DNA of 64,000 nucleotides from the sequence record KY555145.1. One strand, written 5' to 3'. This document shows, in pieces, positions 59,991-64,000 of the stretch. The position numbers and the translations under genes were made by a program. The notes below the pieces were generated by a model that saw nothing but the letters and a program-made list of their open reading frames with translations, made no database searches and had not been told where the DNA came from. The first letter of the stretch is position 1; every line of letters starts with the position of its first letter.

Positions 59991-60437
59991 ATGTTCGCTT
60001 CCGTGACCCTTCCCGCCCATGACGCCCAAGGCCTGAGCCTCGAAACCGTCCACATGGTTTTCGCCCGCGAACTGGCGCAACATTTCGACCACGTGACTTC
60101 CGCCCCCGTGGTCGAAAGCTGGACCGACGAGGAAACCGGCGCCGACCACGCGCAAGCCGCCGTCTGCTTCACCGTTTCGGCGACCCCGGCCGCGTGGGAA
60201 GCCAAGGGCGGGCGGCTCGCGCGCCGGCTGGAAAACCTCGCCGCGCGCTATGCCGCCGACTGCGACGCCCCGGCCCTGACTGTCACCCATTGCGACGGGC
60301 AAACGGTCTATGTCGGCGCTCTGGAAGCCCTGGCGCGCCCCGCTCCGGTGCAAGGCCCGACCCGCGACGCGGACCCGGCTTTCCTCCCCCGCCAGCGTGA
60401 GGACAAGGCCGCCCGCTTCGATCGCCTGACCGCCTAG
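59991..60437 (+). CDS. hypothetical protein (MFASVTL...), copy A
   Basis: CTTCGGAG RBS. Confidence 0.8.
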   Translation: MFASVTLPAHDAQGLSLETVHMVFARELAQHFDHVTSAPVVESWTDEETGADHAQAAVCFTVSATPAAWEAKGGRLARRLENLAARYAADCDAPALTVTHCDGQTVYVGALEALARPAPVQGPTRDADPAFLPRQREDKAARFDRLTA

Positions 60438-60453
60438 CCCCTGGCCTTCCCCT

Positions 60454-60487
60454 AGCGCACCGCCCCTAGAAAGGCGGTGCGCTTTTC
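60454..60487 (+). terminator. rho-independent terminator (duplicated at 63096-63129)
   Basis: AGCGCACCGCC-CCTAGAAA-GGCGGTGCGCT-TTT. Confidence 0.8.
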
Positions 60488-60495
60488 TGTGTCTG

Positions 60496-60528
60496 TTTAC
60501 TTGTTGTTAAGGAATAGCCTGCTAGTGT
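60496..60528 (+). promoter_or_regulatory. CtrA-box promoter, leader removed at the duplication junction
   Basis: TTTA-CTTGTTG-TTAA-12-TAGTGT, then directly TTG of the next gene. Confidence 0.7.
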
Positions 60529-60532
60529 CTCC

Positions 60533-60817
60533 TTGACCGCCCGTAAGCCCCTGACCAAGGAACAAAAGGCCCGCCGCCGCGCGACCCGTCGCGCCGCCCG
60601 CCTCAACTGGTCGGATGAGCGCCGCGCCCGCGAATTCGAGCGTCAAGCCCGCTTCTTCCTAATGATCGCCACCCGCGCCCAAGGCGCCGGCCAAGGCCAG
60701 GAAGCCGCCCGCCTCGCCACGGTCGCACAACGCAAGGTGACAAACTGGCGCATGGCGCAGGCCTGCGCCCGGATTAACGCCCTGGCCGTGCATCCTTGGG
60801 CGGGGGTCGCCTCCTAA
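60533..60817 (+). CDS. Arg/Ala-rich basic protein, copy B (TTG start, no RBS)
   Basis: Near-identical to 57988..58272; ATG and SD replaced at the junction. Confidence 0.55.
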   Translation: MTARKPLTKEQKARRRATRRAARLNWSDERRAREFERQARFFLMIATRAQGAGQGQEAARLATVAQRKVTNWRMAQACARINALAVHPWAGVAS

Positions 60818-60999
60818 TGGCCCGCCGCGTCCGCTACATGCCGTCCGAAGCTCTGGACCTCGCCGACGCGCTCGGCGAGGGGCTGGACCTCGTTAAGGCG
60901 ATGAGCGAGGCCCGCCGCGCGGGCGCGCCTATCGCCGACACCCTCGCCGCCCTCGAAGACTGGGCTTTAACCGCCGTCAACCTCATAGAAGAGGACTAA
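60817..60999 (+). CDS. small hypothetical protein (MARRVRY...), copy B
   Basis: TAATG overlap; identical protein. Confidence 0.7.
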   Translation: MARRVRYMPSEALDLADALGEGLDLVKAMSEARRAGAPIADTLAALEDWALTAVNLIEED

Positions 61000-61004
61000 A
61001 CCCA

Positions 61005-61187
61005 ATGACGCACCCTCACGCCCTGGCGCTGATCGCCCTCGCCGAAAAGGTGTTGCCGCTTACCCGGCTGCACCCGCTCGACCAACGCGCCGCCGCCGTC
61101 GACCTAATCGGCGACCTCTACGCCCTCGCCGACTCCATTGACGCCACCCCGCAAGCCGCCGCCCTGGCGCAACCGAAGGCCGCCTAA
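61005..61187 (+). CDS. small hypothetical protein (MTHPHA...), copy B
   Basis: Near-identical to 58460. Confidence 0.75.
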   Translation: MTHPHALALIALAEKVLPLTRLHPLDQRAAAVDLIGDLYALADSIDATPQAAALAQPKAA

Positions 61188-61190
61188 GCC

Positions 61191-61781
61191 ATGAACCCGA
61201 ACCGCTACCGCCTCGCGCCCCGCGACCGCTTCAGCCGCGAGCTTGCCGAAACGCTCTATCAGGCGGCCGAAGCCGTCGCCCGCGTGATTCCGCTAGTGCC
61301 GGAGTCCGTCCCCGATGAGCGCCGCGCGCTGGGCAAGGTCCGCGCCGACCTGCTAACCCATAGCGCCGGCGCCCTTGTTCCCAAGCCGCCGGCCGCCGTG
61401 CTCGCAACCCTCGTTTGGGTTGTCGAGATGGCGCAAGATCGCGCGACCAACGCCGATTTCAACACCGCCCAAGAGGGACTCGACGAACACGAGTCCCTAG
61501 CCTTTGTCGCCGACTGGCTGGAAGCCGAAGGCCAGGACGTGACGCCGATTCGCAACGCGCAACCGTCCGCCGACGCCCTGGCCGAACTCGCCGCCCGTCG
61601 CGACGCCGAACAAGAGGCGCTAGACGCCTTGGAGGCCGCCGCCCTGGCCGAAGCGCCGGGCGACGTGATCACCGAAGCCTTGCGCCCCTATCTGGGCGCC
61701 ACCCTGGCCGAAAACCACGCCGACGACGTGCTAGACGCCCTCACGCGCGCCGGCTTCCAAATCACCCGCAAGGAGGCTTAA
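61191..61781 (+). CDS. hypothetical protein (MNPNRY...), allele B
   Basis: Same slot as 58646; shares the A(D/A)WLE..G.D segment and KEA end. Confidence 0.75.
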   Translation: MNPNRYRLAPRDRFSRELAETLYQAAEAVARVIPLVPESVPDERRALGKVRADLLTHSAGALVPKPPAAVLATLVWVVEMAQDRATNADFNTAQEGLDEHESLAFVADWLEAEGQDVTPIRNAQPSADALAELAARRDAEQEALDALEAAALAEAPGDVITEALRPYLGATLAENHADDVLDALTRAGFQITRKEA

Positions 61782-61785
61782 GACC

Positions 61786-62364
61786 ATGTCCCGCGCCGTT
61801 TCCACCTTCGCCACCCCTGAAAAGCTCATCGGGGGTTACCTCATGTCGGCGGCCCGTCACGGGGCCATGACCGAAGCCGCCGAAGTCATCGCCACCCTAG
61901 AGGCGGCCGGCTATGTGATCGCCCGCCGCCGCGACGTCTTCACCGATGAGGGCGAGAAGCTGGGCGACCTGTTGGCGGCGCTTTATGACGCCGTCCCGAA
62001 CTACGCCGTAAGATCGCAGCGCCTCGCCGACGCCCTCAAGCCGGCGCGAGACTACGTCTATCAGCCCCGGTTCCGGGTCAAGCTGGACGCCGCGCCCGGC
62101 GCGCGCCTGACCGACTGCGACACGGGCGCAACGGTCTATTTCCAGCCGGGCGACGACGCCGACGCCTTCCGGGCCGAATTCGCCCCGTGGGTTCACGACG
62201 CCAATGTGACGGCCGAAGGCGCGGCCCTGGCCTCGATGATGAACCCGACGGCCGAAGAGTATTTCAGCGCCAGCGGGGAAGATGACGACTTGCCCGGCGC
62301 GCTTTCCGCCTTCGATTCCGCCGGCTCCGGCCAAAGACTGGGCTACGTTCGCCCGCCTCGCTAA
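61786..62364 (+). CDS. hypothetical protein (MSRAVS...), copy B with C-terminal extension
   Basis: AAGGAGG RBS; homologue of 59234 plus 30 aa. Confidence 0.8.
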   Translation: MSRAVSTFATPEKLIGGYLMSAARHGAMTEAAEVIATLEAAGYVIARRRDVFTDEGEKLGDLLAALYDAVPNYAVRSQRLADALKPARDYVYQPRFRVKLDAAPGARLTDCDTGATVYFQPGDDADAFRAEFAPWVHDANVTAEGAALASMMNPTAEEYFSASGEDDDLPGALSAFDSAGSGQRLGYVRPPR

Positions 62365-62545
62365 GTCATCATTCCTACCGTCTATGACTTGTCACCGGCC
62401 GAAGTCTTACCCGGTGACAGTCTGGGCAAGTAAAGCTCACTCTGGATTTTATGACTTAGCGCAAAGGATTGAAATTGCTCGAAAAATTCCTAGAAGCTCA
62501 CAAAGTCGTTTTCTGGCTGCTCTTGCTGGCCTGTTTGTGGCGCTT

Positions 62546-62611
62546 TTAACGGTTTGTTAACCCCTGGCCCTCTAGGGTCGAATTCCCGGCGCGGCAATCC
62601 CGCCGCCCCGG
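62546..62611 (+). promoter_or_regulatory. CtrA-box promoter with AATCCC-loop hairpin (duplicate of 59904)
   Basis: Offset 2642. Confidence 0.8.
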
Positions 62612-62632
62612 CCTTCCTTCGGAGCTTCCAAA

Positions 62633-63079
62633 ATGTTCGCTTCCGTGACCCTTCCCGCCCATGACGCCCAAGGCCTGAGCCTCGAAACCGTCCACATGGT
62701 TTTCGCCCGCGAACTGGCGCAACATTTCGACCACGTGACTTCCGCCCCCGTGGTCGAAAGCTGGACCGACGAGGAAACCGGCGCCGACCACGCGCAAGCC
62801 GCCGTCTGCTTCACCGTTTCGGCGACCCCGGCCGCGTGGGAAGCCAAGGGCGGCCGGCTCGCGCGCCGGCTGGAAAACCTCGCCGCGCGCTATGCCGCCG
62901 ACTGCGACGCCCCGGCCCTGACTGTCACCCATTGCGACGGGCAAACGGTCTATGTCGGCGCTCTGGAAGCCCTGGCGCGCCCCGCCCCGGTGCAAGGCCC
63001 GACCCGCGCGGCGGACCCGGCTTTCCTCCCCCGCCAGCGCGAGGACAAGGCCGCCCGCTTCGATCGCCTGACCGCCTAG
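62633..63079 (+). CDS. hypothetical protein (MFASVTL...), copy B
   Basis: One residue differs from 59991. Confidence 0.8.
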   Translation: MFASVTLPAHDAQGLSLETVHMVFARELAQHFDHVTSAPVVESWTDEETGADHAQAAVCFTVSATPAAWEAKGGRLARRLENLAARYAADCDAPALTVTHCDGQTVYVGALEALARPAPVQGPTRAADPAFLPRQREDKAARFDRLTA

Positions 63080-63137
63080 CCCCTGGCCTTCCCCCTAGCG
63101 CACCGCCCCTAGAAAGGCGGTGCGCTTTTCTGTGTCT

Positions 63138-63203
63138 GTTTACTTGTTGTTAAGGAATAGCCTGCTAGTGTCTCCTTGTCGGCGGACGCATCCCGCGCCC
63201 GCC
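63138..63203 (+). promoter_or_regulatory. CtrA-box promoter with ATCCC-loop hairpin
   Basis: TTTA-CTTGTTG-TTAA-12-TAGTGT; GGCGG-A-CGC-ATCCC-GCG-C-CCGCC. Confidence 0.75.
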
Positions 63204-63222
63204 CCTCTCTGGATCGCTCCCC

Positions 63223-63615
63223 ATGGCCCGCCCCTCTGACCTGCTCAACGTCAACGCCGCCCGCGTCCTGGCTTGCCTTGAGCCTATCGCCGCCGCCGCT
63301 AAGACGGCCCCGGCCGCCGACCGCGCCGCCCTTTCCTACCTGCTCGACGCTGGCGAGTATGTCGCCGCGTGGCGCCGCAACCTCACGGAAACCGACCGCC
63401 GCAAGGCCTATGGCGCGGCCTGCGCCGCCGAAGCCCTGGCGCTCGCCAACGCCTATCAGCCCGCCACCCTGCAAGGCGGCGCCGTCCGCCGCGCTCTGGG
63501 CGCCTATGCCGCCGCCCTAAAGGTCCTGCTAGACGGGGAGCCGGTCAAGGCGGTGCGCGCCGCCGAAGGCGCGGCGCTTTCGGTCCGCGCCCGCTACGCC
63601 AACACCCGCCTTTAA
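63223..63615 (+). CDS. Ala-rich hypothetical protein
   Basis: ATG after TGGATCG. Confidence 0.75.
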   Translation: MARPSDLLNVNAARVLACLEPIAAAAKTAPAADRAALSYLLDAGEYVAAWRRNLTETDRRKAYGAACAAEALALANAYQPATLQGGAVRRALGAYAAALKVLLDGEPVKAVRAAEGAALSVRARYANTRL

Positions 63616-63643
63616 CCTCTTGTTAACACCCCCCGGCTATGGT
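63612..63643 (+). promoter_or_regulatory. CtrA-box promoter
   Basis: TTAA-CCTCTTG-TTAA-11-TATGGT; inverted repeat CCCCCCGG/TCGGGGGG around the -10. Confidence 0.75.
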
Positions 63644-63669
63644 CGGGGGGTCGCAAGGAGACACCCGAC

Positions 63670-63864
63670 ATGACCCGCCCCGGCCCCGCCTCGCTCTTGA
63701 CCCCGCAAGCCCGCTTCTCGTCGTCGCGCGTCCTGATCCTTCCGGGCGCGGCGCCTATGCCGATTCGCCAGCCGCGCGGCCTTAGCGCCGTCGAGTGCGT
63801 CGCCCTTGGCGTGACGCTGGGCGCGGCGCTCTACCTCGCCGCCCGCGTGTTCGGTCTGGTCTGA
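63670..63864 (+). CDS. small protein with C-terminal TM helix
   Basis: AAGGAG RBS; VALGVTLGAALYLAARVFGLV. Confidence 0.7.
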   Translation: MTRPGPASLLTPQARFSSSRVLILPGAAPMPIRQPRGLSAVECVALGVTLGAALYLAARVFGLV

Positions 63865-63875
63865 CCAGACCCCCG

Positions 63876-63901
63876 CCCCGGCCCTACCGGTAGGGCCGGG
63901 G
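63876..63901. repeat. perfect 26-bp palindrome related to the 52843 hairpin
   Basis: CCCCGGCCCTACCGGTAGGGCCGGGG, preceded by CCAGACCCCCGC as at 52823. Confidence 0.9.
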
Positions 63902-64000
63902 GTGTGTCCCATAATGAGACACCCCCCGCCACCTAGTATCTTTTTTGATTCGGAGGGACCCAAAGGCCCCCTACGTTAACCATTTTTCGCGGCGCCCCCC

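Larger units (their letters stand above)
57988..63177 (+). repeat. tandem duplication of a six-gene block: copy A about 57989-60534, copy B about 60534-63177
   Basis: Offsets of 2545-2642 nt; flanking genes near-identical, middle genes diverged. Confidence 0.93.

Noticed and set aside
59720-63177. Duplications as assembly artefacts
   Set aside because: Copies differ by substitutions, indels and whole-gene alleles. The near-identical 0.8-kb part still needs read support, so this is not fully excluded.
1-64000. tRNA, rRNA, integrase, IS elements or a T7-type phage-RNAP promoter consensus
   Set aside because: None recognised by eye; tRNAscan-SE and motif searches would be needed to exclude them formally.

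Overview
This 64 kb GC-rich window looks like part of a large phiCbK-like Caulobacter phage genome. The assignment is inferred from a GcrA homologue, CtrA-type boxes, Caulobacter sigma70-type promoters and an intein-containing large terminase; no database search was run. Layout: (1) 1-3.9 kb, a leftward operon containing gcrA and an 81-aa protein resembling the motif-A region of DNA polymerase I. (2) 4-44.8 kb, about 95 rightward, tightly packed, mostly hypothetical genes. Eleven rightward sigma70-type promoters here, plus one leftward promoter near position 300, carry a near-invariant CGACGACAAC element 6 nt downstream of the -10. Recognisable products include a metallophosphoesterase, an HNH nuclease, a DUF1937-like protein and a protein ending in a PEP-utiliser His-swivel domain. 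(3) 44.9-45.5 kb, a strongly AT-rich island followed by short repeats (candidate origin). (4) 45.5-51.5 kb, RuvC-like resolvase, small terminase, and large terminase with a Pro1, class-3-like intein in Walker A. (5) 51.5-52.9 kb, several phased repeat arrays and a perfect hairpin (candidate packaging or terminal-repeat signals). (6) 52.9-64 kb, a probable long-terminal-repeat gene block with 11 promoters carrying CtrA boxes; 8 of these are followed by a covarying hairpin with an ATCCC loop. There are two tandem duplications whose copies differ. No tRNA, rRNA or CRISPR array was seen.
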